Assembly (NCBI GenBank): GCA_963779755.1
Contig: CAVZZO010000001.1
Location: 992,001-1,056,000, forward strand
Direction of reading: 5' to 3'
Length of the DNA: 64,000 bases
Source: an uncultured Gemmatimonadales bacterium
Lineage (GTDB): Bacteria; Gemmatimonadota; Gemmatimonadetes; Gemmatimonadales; GWC2-71-9
This document shows, piece after piece, positions 28,068 through 36,947 of this stretch. A model generated the notes under the pieces. It ran no database searches. It had not been told where the DNA came from and saw only the letters and a list, made by a program, of their open reading frames with translations. Every line of letters starts with the position of its first letter. Positions within the stretch are counted from its first letter, which is position 1. The position numbers and the translations under genes are program-made.

Positions 28068-30119
28068 TCATTGCCGCAGTCGCTGTGCCAGCTCGGCATC
28101 GGTGGAGGCCGGGAGCTCGCAGGCGGCGCCGATGCAGACGTAGGCACGGACGTCGGCCGCTGAGCGCACCAGGGACGCCACGGCCGGCGCCGGCGTGATC
28201 GAGCCGGCATTCTCCGGGGTGATCCGCTGGACGATGCGGCGGGGCCGGAAGGTGGCGAGGGCGCGGCGGTGCATGCGCCGGGCCTCTTCCTCTTCGGCCG
28301 GGCCGGTAATCACCAGATGTACCGGCGGATGGAGAAAGGAATCCAGCGCGAGGAGCCAGGTTGCGCCATGGAGGCCCAGGTCGTCGGCCCGGCCGGCGAA
28401 GGCCTCGAGCAGCGCGCGCTGGCGATCGCGCCAGCGCGCGACGCCGGTGTGCTCCGCCAGCCGCCACAGGACCATGCCGGCCACCCCGTTCGCAGACGGC
28501 GTGGGCGCGTCCTGCACCGGCTTGGCCCGGGTCGGGAGCAGGCCTTCGCCCCCGCGGTCCCGCGCCTGGTCGTAGAAGCCGCCGGCCTGCTCGTCCCAGT
28601 AGTCTCGCAGGACTCGCTCCATCAGCCCTTCCGCCCAGGCGAGCCACTCGCGGCGGCCCGTCGCCTCCCAGGCGGCAATGCCGGCGGCGGCGCACTGCAC
28701 CTGATCTTCCAGCAGTCCGTCGGGCCCTCCGGCTACGTGGGGAACGGCATCGGGTTCGGGCGATTCCGCCCGGATGCGCTCCAGGGTACGCAGCGCATGG
28801 GTCCCGGCCCAGTCATCGTCCAGCACGGCGCCCGCTTCCAGCAGCGCCGATGCCATCATGGCATTCCAGGCGGTGTAGCGGGTGCGGTCCACCTCGGGCG
28901 CGGGCCGCTGCCGGCGGGCGGCGCGGAGCTTGTCCGTGGCGGAGTCCAGAATCTGGACGACCCGTTCGAGCGGCAGCTGAAGGCGCTCCGCGATGCGTTC
29001 CGGCGATTCCGCCAGAAACAGGACGTTCTTCCCGGGATGATGGCGCATCTCGCCCGCGGTGCCGATATCATAGCGCAGCGCCGCGACCTCCAGCTCGTCT
29101 CCGCTCAGGGTCTCCGCCGCCTCATCGAGCGTCCAGGTGAAGTAGTCGCCGTCGTCGTCCAGCCCGACGTCCGCATCCTGGCTGGCGCCGTAGCCGCCGT
29201 CGGGGTCGGCCAGCACCTCGCGCACCCAGCGGACGATACCGCGGGCCGCCGACTCGCAGGCGGGGGTACGGAAAACGCTCCAGGCATGGAGGTAGACCCG
29301 CAGCAGCTCGCTGTTGTCGTAGGACATCTTCTCGAAGTGGGGGACGATCCACCGGGCATCGGTGCTGTAGCGGTGGAACCCGCCGCCCAACTGATCGTGA
29401 ATCCCGCCCGCGGCCATGGCAATGAGGGTGCCGTCGATCATATCGCGCAGGGCGGGCGCCGGGGCATCCAGCCAGCGGCCCAGCAGCAGCTCGATGGCCG
29501 CCGGATGAGGGAATTTCGGCGCCGCGCCGAACCCGCCGTGTTTCGCATCGTAAACCCGGGCCATGCCCGCGACGGCGCGCTCCAGCAGTGCCGGATCCAG
29601 CGGGCCGGGCGCCGTCTCGTTCATGGCGCCGGCCAGGATGCGCCGGACCGCGCCGGCCTGGGCGGCAAGCTCCTCCCGCTTGTCCTGGAATGCCCGGAGC
29701 ACCGAGTCGAGCACGGCCCGAAAACCGGGCCGGCCATACTGGCCGTCGGGAGGGAAATAGGTCCCGCCGAAGAACACGTCGCCTTCGGGGGTAAGCAAGG
29801 CGGTCAGCGGCCAGCCCCCCTGTCCGGTCAGGGCCTGAACGGCGCGCTGGTAGCGGGCGTCCACGTCCGGCCGTTCGTCGCGGTCCACCTTGATGCAGAC
29901 GAAGTGCCGGTTGAGGAACTCGGCCAGGCCCGGATCTTCGTAGGATTCCCGGTCCATGACGTGGCACCAGTGGCACCAGACCGCACCCACATCGAGGAGC
30001 ACCGGTCGGTCGGTCCGTTGTGCCTCGGCGAAGGCCTCCTCGCTCCAGGGATGCCAGTGGACCGGCTGGTGGGCGGCCGAGCGCAGGTAGGGGGAACGGG
30101 CTGAGGCGAGGAGGTTCAT
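28068..30119 (-). CDS. yyaL: Thioredoxin-domain + six-hairpin glycosidase-like protein (YyaL/SPATA20 family)
   Basis: SPYL...CHWCHVM, KVDRDERPDVD, GGWPL, GGFHRYSTD, PHFEKM. Confidence 0.93.
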   Translation of the reverse strand: MNLLASARSPYLRSAAHQPVHWHPWSEEAFAEAQRTDRPVLLDVGAVWCHWCHVMDRESYEDPGLAEFLNRHFVCIKVDRDERPDVDARYQRAVQALTGQGGWPLTALLTPEGDVFFGGTYFPPDGQYGRPGFRAVLDSVLRAFQDKREELAAQAGAVRRILAGAMNETAPGPLDPALLERAVAGMARVYDAKHGGFGAAPKFPHPAAIELLLGRWLDAPAPALRDMIDGTLIAMAAGGIHDQLGGGFHRYSTDARWIVPHFEKMSYDNSELLRVYLHAWSVFRTPACESAARGIVRWVREVLADPDGGYGASQDADVGLDDDGDYFTWTLDEAAETLSGDELEVAALRYDIGTAGEMRHHPGKNVLFLAESPERIAERLQLPLERVVQILDSATDKLRAARRQRPAPEVDRTRYTAWNAMMASALLEAGAVLDDDWAGTHALRTLERIRAESPEPDAVPHVAGGPDGLLEDQVQCAAAGIAAWEATGRREWLAWAEGLMERVLRDYWDEQAGGFYDQARDRGGEGLLPTRAKPVQDAPTPSANGVAGMVLWRLAEHTGVARWRDRQRALLEAFAGRADDLGLHGATWLLALDSFLHPPVHLVITGPAEEEEARRMHRRALATFRPRRIVQRITPENAGSITPAPAVASLVRSAADVRAYVCIGAACELPASTDAELAQRLRQ

Positions 30120-30122
30120 AAT

Positions 30123-30152
30123 AGAGTGGGCAGAATGGGCAGAGTGGGCAGA
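30123..30152. repeat. Nonamer tandem array (AGAGTGGGC x3.3) filling the nth-yyaL gap
   Basis: AGAGTGGGC AGAATGGGC AGAGTGGGC AGA. Confidence 0.7.
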
Positions 30153-30866
30153 TCAGAGGTCGGACGAGGGGCAGATATCGGCCAGGACGCACCGGTCGTG
30201 CCGGGGGCGGCGGGCGATGCAGACCTGCCGTCCGTGGGTGATGAGCAGGTGGGAGATGATGGTCCAGTCCTTCCCGGGGACCAGCTGCATCAGGTCCTGT
30301 TCGATCTTCTCCGCGTCGGTCTGGGTCGTGAGCCCGAGCAGCCGGCTCAAGCGGCTGACGTGGGTGTCCACCACGATGCCTTCATCGATGCCGAAGGCGT
30401 TGCCGAGGACGACATTGGCCGTCTTGCGTCCCACCCCGGGCAGCGCGCGCAGCGATGCCATGTCCCGGGGGATCTCGCCCTCGTGATCGGCCACGACCGC
30501 CCGGGCCATGCCGATGAGGTTTCGGGCCTTGCTGCGGAAGAACCCGGTGCTGCGAATGAGGTCTTCCAGCTCGGCCTGGTCGGCTCGCGCCAGCAGGCCC
30601 GGGGTGGGATAGCGGCGGAAGATCGCCGGGGTCACCATGTTGACCCGGGCGTCGGTACACTGGGCGGACAAAATGGTGGCGACCAGCAGCTGGTAGGGCG
30701 AGTCGTGGTCCAGGGCGCAATGGGCGCCGGGGTATTCCCGTTTCAGCCGCTTGACGATCTCCCGCGTTCGCGCTTTGCGCGCCTCCGCCGACTCCCGCGT
30801 GCGGGCGGCGGGCTTGCGCGCGGGTTTCTTCCGCGCGGGCGTCTTCTTCGGTGCCGGCTTCTTCAT
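30153..30866 (-). CDS. nth: Endonuclease III (HhH-GPD glycosylase/AP lyase) with C-x6-H-x2-C-x5-C Fe-S motif
   Basis: LSAQCTD, LPGVGRKTANV, VDTHV, HGRQVC; basic K/P/A-rich N-terminal tail. Confidence 0.95.
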   Translation of the reverse strand: MKKPAPKKTPARKKPARKPAARTRESAEARKARTREIVKRLKREYPGAHCALDHDSPYQLLVATILSAQCTDARVNMVTPAIFRRYPTPGLLARADQAELEDLIRSTGFFRSKARNLIGMARAVVADHEGEIPRDMASLRALPGVGRKTANVVLGNAFGIDEGIVVDTHVSRLSRLLGLTTQTDAEKIEQDLMQLVPGKDWTIISHLLITHGRQVCIARRPRHDRCVLADICPSSDL

Positions 30867-32584
30867 CCACTCCTCCGCGCGATCGCCGCCAGAAAGTCCT
30901 CCGCGGACCGGCTGTTCAGCACGTCGTCCGCCTCCAGCCAGGCCTTGCGGGCCATGGCCAGCCCGAACTCAACGTTACCCAGGCCGACCAGGCTGTGCGC
31001 GTCCACGCCGATGGAGATCCGCACCCCGAGTTCGCGCGCGCGGCGCACCGCCTGCCAGCTCAGATCGAGGCGATGCGGGTCGGCGTTGATCTCAACGGCA
31101 ACGCCGCGCTCGGCGGCCCGGGCGAGCACCGCGTCGAGGTCCAGCGGGTAGGGCTTGCGGGAGAGCAGCAGCCGGCCGGTGGGGTGGCCCAGGATCGAGA
31201 GCCGCGGATTGTCGAGGGCGCGCAGCATCCGGGCGGTCATCTGGTCGCGGTCGAGATTGAACCGGCCGTGCACCGATCCGATCACGAAGTCGAGCCGACC
31301 CAGGGTGGTGTCGTCATAGTCCAGCCGCCCATCGGCCAGGATGTCGGCTTCGATGCCCTTCAGCACCCGGAAATCACCGCTCCGCCCGTTGAACGCGTCG
31401 ATTTCTTCCGCCTGCCGGGCCAGCTCCGCGGGGCTCAAGCCGCCGGCGTATGCCGCCGCCTGGCTGTGGTCGGTGATGCCCAGCCAGCGATAGCCCAGGT
31501 CCCGGCTGGCCCGGGCCAGCTCTTCCACCGAGACCGAGCCGTCGGAGTAGCTGGTGTGACAATGCAGGACCCCCTGCAGATCCTCCCGCCGGACCAGGCA
31601 GGGGAGGCGGCCATTTGCGGCCGCATCGACTTCCCCGGTGCCCTCGCGCAGCTCGGGCGGAATCTCCGCCAGGCCCAGCGCACGGTAGAAGGAGGTTTCG
31701 TCCGGGGTCGGGATGAACCGGCTTCCCTCCCAGAGGGCGGCGCCCTCCAGAGTGTGGCCGGTGGCGCGGGCCCGTTCCGCCAATTGCGCCAGGTGCTCTT
31801 CCGAGCCGGTGGCCTGTACCAGCACGGCCCCCAGGTTGGCGGGCGTGGTGATCACCACCCGGGCGCTGGCGCCACCGACAAAGCGCAAGGTGGCGCGGCG
31901 CTCGTCCCGCTCGGCGAACTCGTTGACCCCCGGGAACGTGGCAAGCTGCCGCCAGATCTCTTCCGCGGCCACCTCGGCGACGAGCACCAGAATGACATCG
32001 CCCGCGACCTCACAGCGCCGCCGCACTTCGCCCGCGATATGCACCGCCGTCACGCCGGCGAGGCGGGACATGTCGGCCTGGAGGGTGTGCGCCTCCTCGG
32101 CGGCGTGGTGGGCCAGCCGGAAGCCGCTGGTCTGCCGCAGGAAGGCGATGCTGCGCAGCAGGTTCTCGGCGGTGCGCGGGCCGAAGCGGGGCAGGGTCGC
32201 GAGGCGGCCGTCGCGGGCCGCGGCTTCCAGGTCGGCCAGAGAGTCGATGCCCAGGGCGTCATGGATCTGCCGGATCCGGGCGACGCCGAGTCCGGGAATG
32301 CCGAGCATCTCGATCAGCCCGGGCGGGATCTGCTCCCGCAGGTCCTCCAGCATGCTGGAGCGGCCGGTCTGCACCAGCTCCGTGACGATGCGGAGGGTGG
32401 CGGGGCCGACTCCGCGGGCCGCGGCCAGCGAGCCGTCCGCCAGCGCGGTGGGCAGATCGGCGGGGAGGCTCTTGATGGCCCGGGCGGCATTGGTGAATGC
32501 CCGGATCCGGAAGGCGCTCTCCTGTTTCAGCTCGAGAAAGGACGCGATCTGCTCCAGCACATGGGCTGCCCGGCGCTTGTCCAT
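30863..32584 (-). CDS. polX: PolX-PHP protein with degenerate polymerase active site
   Basis: HhH motifs (GIPGLG, PRFGPRTAE) and an intact PHP domain (LHCHTSYSDG, ITDHS, GIEAD, HPTGR, DAH); GDVI replaces GDxD. Confidence 0.92.
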   Translation of the reverse strand: MDKRRAAHVLEQIASFLELKQESAFRIRAFTNAARAIKSLPADLPTALADGSLAAARGVGPATLRIVTELVQTGRSSMLEDLREQIPPGLIEMLGIPGLGVARIRQIHDALGIDSLADLEAAARDGRLATLPRFGPRTAENLLRSIAFLRQTSGFRLAHHAAEEAHTLQADMSRLAGVTAVHIAGEVRRRCEVAGDVILVLVAEVAAEEIWRQLATFPGVNEFAERDERRATLRFVGGASARVVITTPANLGAVLVQATGSEEHLAQLAERARATGHTLEGAALWEGSRFIPTPDETSFYRALGLAEIPPELREGTGEVDAAANGRLPCLVRREDLQGVLHCHTSYSDGSVSVEELARASRDLGYRWLGITDHSQAAAYAGGLSPAELARQAEEIDAFNGRSGDFRVLKGIEADILADGRLDYDDTTLGRLDFVIGSVHGRFNLDRDQMTARMLRALDNPRLSILGHPTGRLLLSRKPYPLDLDAVLARAAERGVAVEINADPHRLDLSWQAVRRARELGVRISIGVDAHSLVGLGNVEFGLAMARKAWLEADDVLNSRSAEDFLAAIARRSG

Positions 32585-33231
32585 CAGGCGCCGCCTCCGG
32601 CCTCGAAGGCCAGCAGCCGAACCGCCAGCTCCAGCAACTCTTCTCCTCCGGTGATCGAATGCAGCCCCGCGGCCGCTCCTCCCTCCAGGACGGGGGCGAA
32701 CAGCGGCTCTCCGCCGGCGCGTGCCAGGGCGGGTGAGGGTTGGCCGACCGCCTCTACCACGGTAACGCCGGGGCGGTCGGGGTGCAGGCCGAAAATACCC
32801 AGCGCGTGCAGCGCGTCGTCGGTGGAGAACAGGAAGACCCCGTCCAGCGGCTCGTGGGGGCCGGCATCCTGCAGCCGCGCCCACACCGTCCGCTCCGGCA
32901 CCTGCACATACCAGCTGCCCGCTGGCAGCGACCGACCGGCCGGGCTCTGGAGGGCGCGCTCCAGGACCGGGCGGTTCAACTGAGCGACGCGCTGTCCGTC
33001 CAGCCAGAAGAGAAAGGCGTGGTGCAATATTGCCGCGTACTCCTCCAGCGCCTCGGGCGGGCTTTCCTCCGGGACCAGGTCGCGCAGGAGCCGGACGGCT
33101 TCGAGGTCCAGCAGGAAGGCATCGCGGCTCCGCGGGTCGCGGGCCGACTGCTGCAGCGAATCGCGGATCGCCGTGAATCGCTCCGGAGCCAGATCCGCGA
33201 AGACATGAGAGAAGGGGGTGGGCCGGAGCAT
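32584..33231 (-). CDS. Conserved hypothetical protein coupled to polX
   Basis: 215 aa, protein-like composition, TGATG overlap with the polX start, leaderless-type -10 (TAATCT) upstream. Confidence 0.7.
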   Translation of the reverse strand: MLRPTPFSHVFADLAPERFTAIRDSLQQSARDPRSRDAFLLDLEAVRLLRDLVPEESPPEALEEYAAILHHAFLFWLDGQRVAQLNRPVLERALQSPAGRSLPAGSWYVQVPERTVWARLQDAGPHEPLDGVFLFSTDDALHALGIFGLHPDRPGVTVVEAVGQPSPALARAGGEPLFAPVLEGGAAAGLHSITGGEELLELAVRLLAFEAGGGA

Positions 33232-33307
33232 GCTCGGAGATTAATCCGGTTGCGCGGTTTCGAGGGCCCCGCGGCCGGTCGAGGGGCCGGGGAGGGTTCC
33301 GCGATGG

Positions 33308-34147
33308 TCAGGATGGCTGGGAGGGGAGAAACCCGTTCATCAGCCGGAGCCACTCGTCATGCGCCTCGACGTACGGCACGTGGCCGCAGTGGGGCAGCAG
33401 GTGAAAGGGCGCCTGCAGCAGGTCGGCGACCTCGCGGGCGCTCGCCGCGGGGATGGGATCGCTGTCGCCAATCATGACCAGTGCCCGCACCTGGAGGCGG
33501 CCGAGGGCGGGCCGGAGGTCGAAGTCTCCCAGACTGCTCCAGACCTCCTCCTGCGTGCGCCCGGTGATCCGGAAGGGCGTGAGATCACTCGCCCGGGCCG
33601 GCTGGTGGAAATATCCCGCCACCGACAGCTCGAAGAGGCGCCGGCGGTACGCATCGGGATCGCGCTCTCGCAGGCCGCTCTGCCGCAGGCGGGCGCGTTC
33701 TTCCTGCAGTGGAGCGGCCAGGTTGCGCTGGGCGAACCGCTGCTCGAACTGGTGCCGGGCCTCGCTCCAGGCGGGGGCGGGGGAGACCAGCGCGAGCGAG
33801 GCAACCCGGGCGGGATAGCGCACGGCGTACAGCTCGGCCAGCAGGCCGCCCCAGGAGTAGCCGGCCAGGTCCAGCCGGTCCAGGCCCCAGATCTCCCGCA
33901 GGGCTTCCAGGTCTTCCACCTGTTCGCGCCAGCCGACCGGCACGTTCCGCGGCACCGGTGAGCGGCCCCCGCCGCGCTGATCGTAGTAGATGAGCTCCCG
34001 TCCGCGCGCCAGCTCGTCGAACGCGGGGAGGAGGTAATCGTGATGCGCGCCGGGGCCGCCGTGCAGGACCACGACCGGGGGTCCCGACCCTGCCCGGCGC
34101 TCGAACAGCTCCACGCCCCGGATCTGCCGCTGGAAGGTCTCAGCCAT
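33308..34147 (-). CDS. Alpha/beta hydrolase, proline iminopeptidase-like (S33)
   Basis: HGGPG, YDQRGGGRS, GYSWGG nucleophile elbow, D and CGH triad residues. Confidence 0.88.
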   Translation of the reverse strand: MAETFQRQIRGVELFERRAGSGPPVVVLHGGPGAHHDYLLPAFDELARGRELIYYDQRGGGRSPVPRNVPVGWREQVEDLEALREIWGLDRLDLAGYSWGGLLAELYAVRYPARVASLALVSPAPAWSEARHQFEQRFAQRNLAAPLQEERARLRQSGLRERDPDAYRRRLFELSVAGYFHQPARASDLTPFRITGRTQEEVWSSLGDFDLRPALGRLQVRALVMIGDSDPIPAASAREVADLLQAPFHLLPHCGHVPYVEAHDEWLRLMNGFLPSQPS

Positions 34148-35042
34148 AGTACTCGACCACCGTCGCCACCGAGCGGGCGTGAATGGTGGCGATGTCCTCC
34201 AACCGGGGCGCATAGCCACCGGCCATGGCGAGTACCAGCGGGAGGCCCCGCCGGCGGCAGGTCTCCACCACCAGGCGGTCGCGGCGCGCCAGACCATCGA
34301 AGCTCAGGGCCAGCCGGCCCAGCCGGTCGCCCCGGTAGGGATCGGCGCCCGCCAGGTAGAAGACGAGATCGGGCGCGGCCCGGTCGAGCAGGGGCGCGAG
34401 CCGGTCTTCCAGAATGGTCAGATATTCCCGATCGTCGCACCCGTCGGGGAGGCCCACGTCCAGGTCGCCCGGCACCTTGTGGAAGGGGTAATTCGACGCC
34501 GCATGCAACGAGAGCGTGGTCACGTCGGCGTCACCGGCGAAGAGCGAGGCGGTGCCGTTGCCCTGATGCACATCCAGGTCCACCACGGCGGCCCGCCCGA
34601 GGAGTCCTTCACGCTGCAGCCACCGCACCGCTATCGCTACATCGTTGAAGACGCAGAACCCTTCGCCCCGGTCGGCGAAGGCGTGATGGGTCCCGCCGGC
34701 GAGTGTCATGCCGGCACCCCGGTCCAGCGCATCGCGGGCCGCCTCGAGAGTGCACTGCACGGTGCGCAGCGAGCGCTCCCGGAGGCCCGGGCTCCAGGGG
34801 AAGCCCAGGCGGCGCGTCTCGGCTTCGGAGAGGTCCCCTGCCAGCACGGCGTCCACGTAGCGGGCGGTATGCACCAGCTGGAGGGCCCAGCGCTCCGCCC
34901 GTTCGGGTTCTTCCAGGGCTGACGGCGCCAGTATCCCATGGGCAAGCACGGTGTCGCGGATGAGCGGGTACTTGCTGATGGGAAAGCGGTGGCCTGCCGG
35001 CAGGGGGACGTGGTAACGGGCGGAGGACCAGGCGCGGAGCAT
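34140..35042 (-). CDS. Histone deacetylase family Zn-dependent amidohydrolase
   Basis: GGTHHA, GFC, DLDVHQGNGT, GADP, GGY. Confidence 0.93.
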   Translation of the reverse strand: MLRAWSSARYHVPLPAGHRFPISKYPLIRDTVLAHGILAPSALEEPERAERWALQLVHTARYVDAVLAGDLSEAETRRLGFPWSPGLRERSLRTVQCTLEAARDALDRGAGMTLAGGTHHAFADRGEGFCVFNDVAIAVRWLQREGLLGRAAVVDLDVHQGNGTASLFAGDADVTTLSLHAASNYPFHKVPGDLDVGLPDGCDDREYLTILEDRLAPLLDRAAPDLVFYLAGADPYRGDRLGRLALSFDGLARRDRLVVETCRRRGLPLVLAMAGGYAPRLEDIATIHARSVATVVEYYG

Positions 35043-35102
35043 GGGAAGGGGCAGGAGATCGGGAATCAGGAACGGCGGGCCTTCCGCGCCTGTTCCGGAC
35101 TC

Positions 35103-35558
35103 CTAGAGCAGAACCGCCAGCGCGTCCGCTACCTGGCGCACCGCCGCTTCTTCCTCGGGGGTGAAAGGGTCGGGGACGTCGCTGTCGATGTCGATCTGTC
35201 CCAGGATATCGGCCCCGCGGCGGATCAGGACGACCAGCTCCGAGCGGGTGAAGATGTTGCAGGCGATGTAGTTCTCGATGGCCCGCACGTCGCCCACGTT
35301 CTGGTCTTCTCGCTGGGCAACGGCGCTGCCGCAGACCCCATGTCCCACGGCGATCCGGACATGCTCCGTCTCCCGGCCGGCAAAGGCCTCGAGATGGAGG
35401 GTCTCGCCCTGCAGCATGTAGAGATAGACGGACGTGTAAGGCGGGCCGGCGCTCTGGATCCGGTCGGCGGCGAGCTGGAGCAGGGCCTGGCGGCCGGCAT
35501 CGCGGGCAAAGGCGCCGCGGAGGGCCGCGACGATGCGCTCGGCCTGCAGCACGGGCAT
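35103..35558 (-). CDS. msrC: GAF-domain free methionine-R-sulfoxide reductase-like protein
   Basis: GHGVCG, YIAC, RSELVV, GQIDIDS. Confidence 0.75.
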   Translation of the reverse strand: MPVLQAERIVAALRGAFARDAGRQALLQLAADRIQSAGPPYTSVYLYMLQGETLHLEAFAGRETEHVRIAVGHGVCGSAVAQREDQNVGDVRAIENYIACNIFTRSELVVLIRRGADILGQIDIDSDVPDPFTPEEEAAVRQVADALAVLL

Positions 35559-35561
35559 GTC

Positions 35562-36881
35562 TCAGCCCCCGCGAACGCCGAGGGTGGCATTGACCGTCTG
35601 CCGCTCGCCGTCGCGCAGGAAGACGATCTTTACCTGGTCTCCCGCGCGGTGGCTGCGCAGGGCGGAGGTCATGGCCTGCAGATCGGGGATGTCCATCTCG
35701 CCGATCCGGACGATGATGTCGTTGCCCTTGAGGCCGGCCTGGTCGGCCGGGCTGCCGGCGCGTACGCCGGTGATGCGCACCCCGCCGGGGCTGCCCGCCA
35801 TGTCGGGGATGGTTCCCAGATAGGCGCCGTACCCGGGGGTCACGGAGCCGGGCTCGTCGTGGGCGGGGAGCTGGGCGATGGGCTTCGCGTCTTCGAAGGT
35901 GAGCGGTCCCGGCCGGTCGGCCAGGGCGCGCACGATGCTGGCGGTGAAATCGGCGACCCGTACCAGGCCATCCACGTTGATCTTCTGCCAGTCGTCGGTG
36001 GTCCGGTGATAATCCTCGTGCAGGTCGGTAAAGACATGCAGGACGGGCAGTTTGGCGGCAAAGAACGAGGACTGATCGCTGGGGCCGTAGCCGTTTCCCT
36101 GTTGCCGCAGGTCGAACCCGGCGTACCAGTTCAGGGAATCGAGCATGGCGGGGAACTCGTCGGCCGTTTCGGTGCCGTAGACGATGAGCCGGCGGTTCCG
36201 TAGCCGGCCCACCATGTCCATGTTGACCATGGCCTCGGTGGCGCTCAGCGGATAGAGCGGATGCTGGACGTAATATCCGGAGCCGAGCAGGCCCAGCTCC
36301 TCGCCGCTGAAGGCGATGAAGACGACGGTCCGCAGGGGCGGATTGGCGGCCAGCCGCGCGGCGATGTGGATGAGCGCCGCGGTACCGCTGGCGTTGTCGT
36401 CGGCGCCGTTGTGGATCCGCCCCATGCTGTCGGGGTCGAGGCTCCCGAATCGCCCGTCGCCGAGGTGGTCGTAATGGGCACCCACCACGACCGTCTGGTT
36501 CCGCAGGACCGGGTCGCGGCCGGGCAGGACGCCGATCACGTTCCGGCCGATGACATCGCCCAGCCGGGCCTGGGCCGCCGCGGGGGCATTTTCCGAGATG
36601 GGAAAGGCCTGGAACCAGCCCTGGGAGCCGGGCTGGAGGCCGGCCTGCGCAAAGCGGCGGGCAAGATATTGGGCCGCGGAATCGGCGCCCGGTGAACCGG
36701 TGAGCCGGCCCCCCAGGGCGTCCGACGCCAGATACTGGACGTCCCGGAGGATCTGATAGGCCTCCGGCGTTGTCTGTGCGCGCGCCGGGCTTCCGCCCAG
36801 CGAAACCAGAGCCAGGAAGAAGGCAAAGAAGATCTGTCTCCGCATGCCTGAAAGAAACTTTCCCTGCTGGTCCCGCGTCAA
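35562..36881 (-). CDS. M28 metallopeptidase with C-terminal PDZ domain (start may be 36845)
   Basis: GAHYDH, GADDNASG, FSGEELGLLGS, NMDM, DYH; PDZ YLGTIPD...SPADQAGL. Confidence 0.93.
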   Translation of the reverse strand: MTRDQQGKFLSGMRRQIFFAFFLALVSLGGSPARAQTTPEAYQILRDVQYLASDALGGRLTGSPGADSAAQYLARRFAQAGLQPGSQGWFQAFPISENAPAAAQARLGDVIGRNVIGVLPGRDPVLRNQTVVVGAHYDHLGDGRFGSLDPDSMGRIHNGADDNASGTAALIHIAARLAANPPLRTVVFIAFSGEELGLLGSGYYVQHPLYPLSATEAMVNMDMVGRLRNRRLIVYGTETADEFPAMLDSLNWYAGFDLRQQGNGYGPSDQSSFFAAKLPVLHVFTDLHEDYHRTTDDWQKINVDGLVRVADFTASIVRALADRPGPLTFEDAKPIAQLPAHDEPGSVTPGYGAYLGTIPDMAGSPGGVRITGVRAGSPADQAGLKGNDIIVRIGEMDIPDLQAMTSALRSHRAGDQVKIVFLRDGERQTVNATLGVRGG

Positions 36882-36947
36882 CCTGACATTCCAGCACGTT
36901 GCCGCGCTTACGGTTGCCTCTTATCTTCACGCGGCCCCTTCAATCTC

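Noticed and set aside
35043..35080. Possible heptamer array between msrC and the HDAC gene
   Set aside because: Too degenerate to distinguish from purine-rich intergenic sequence.
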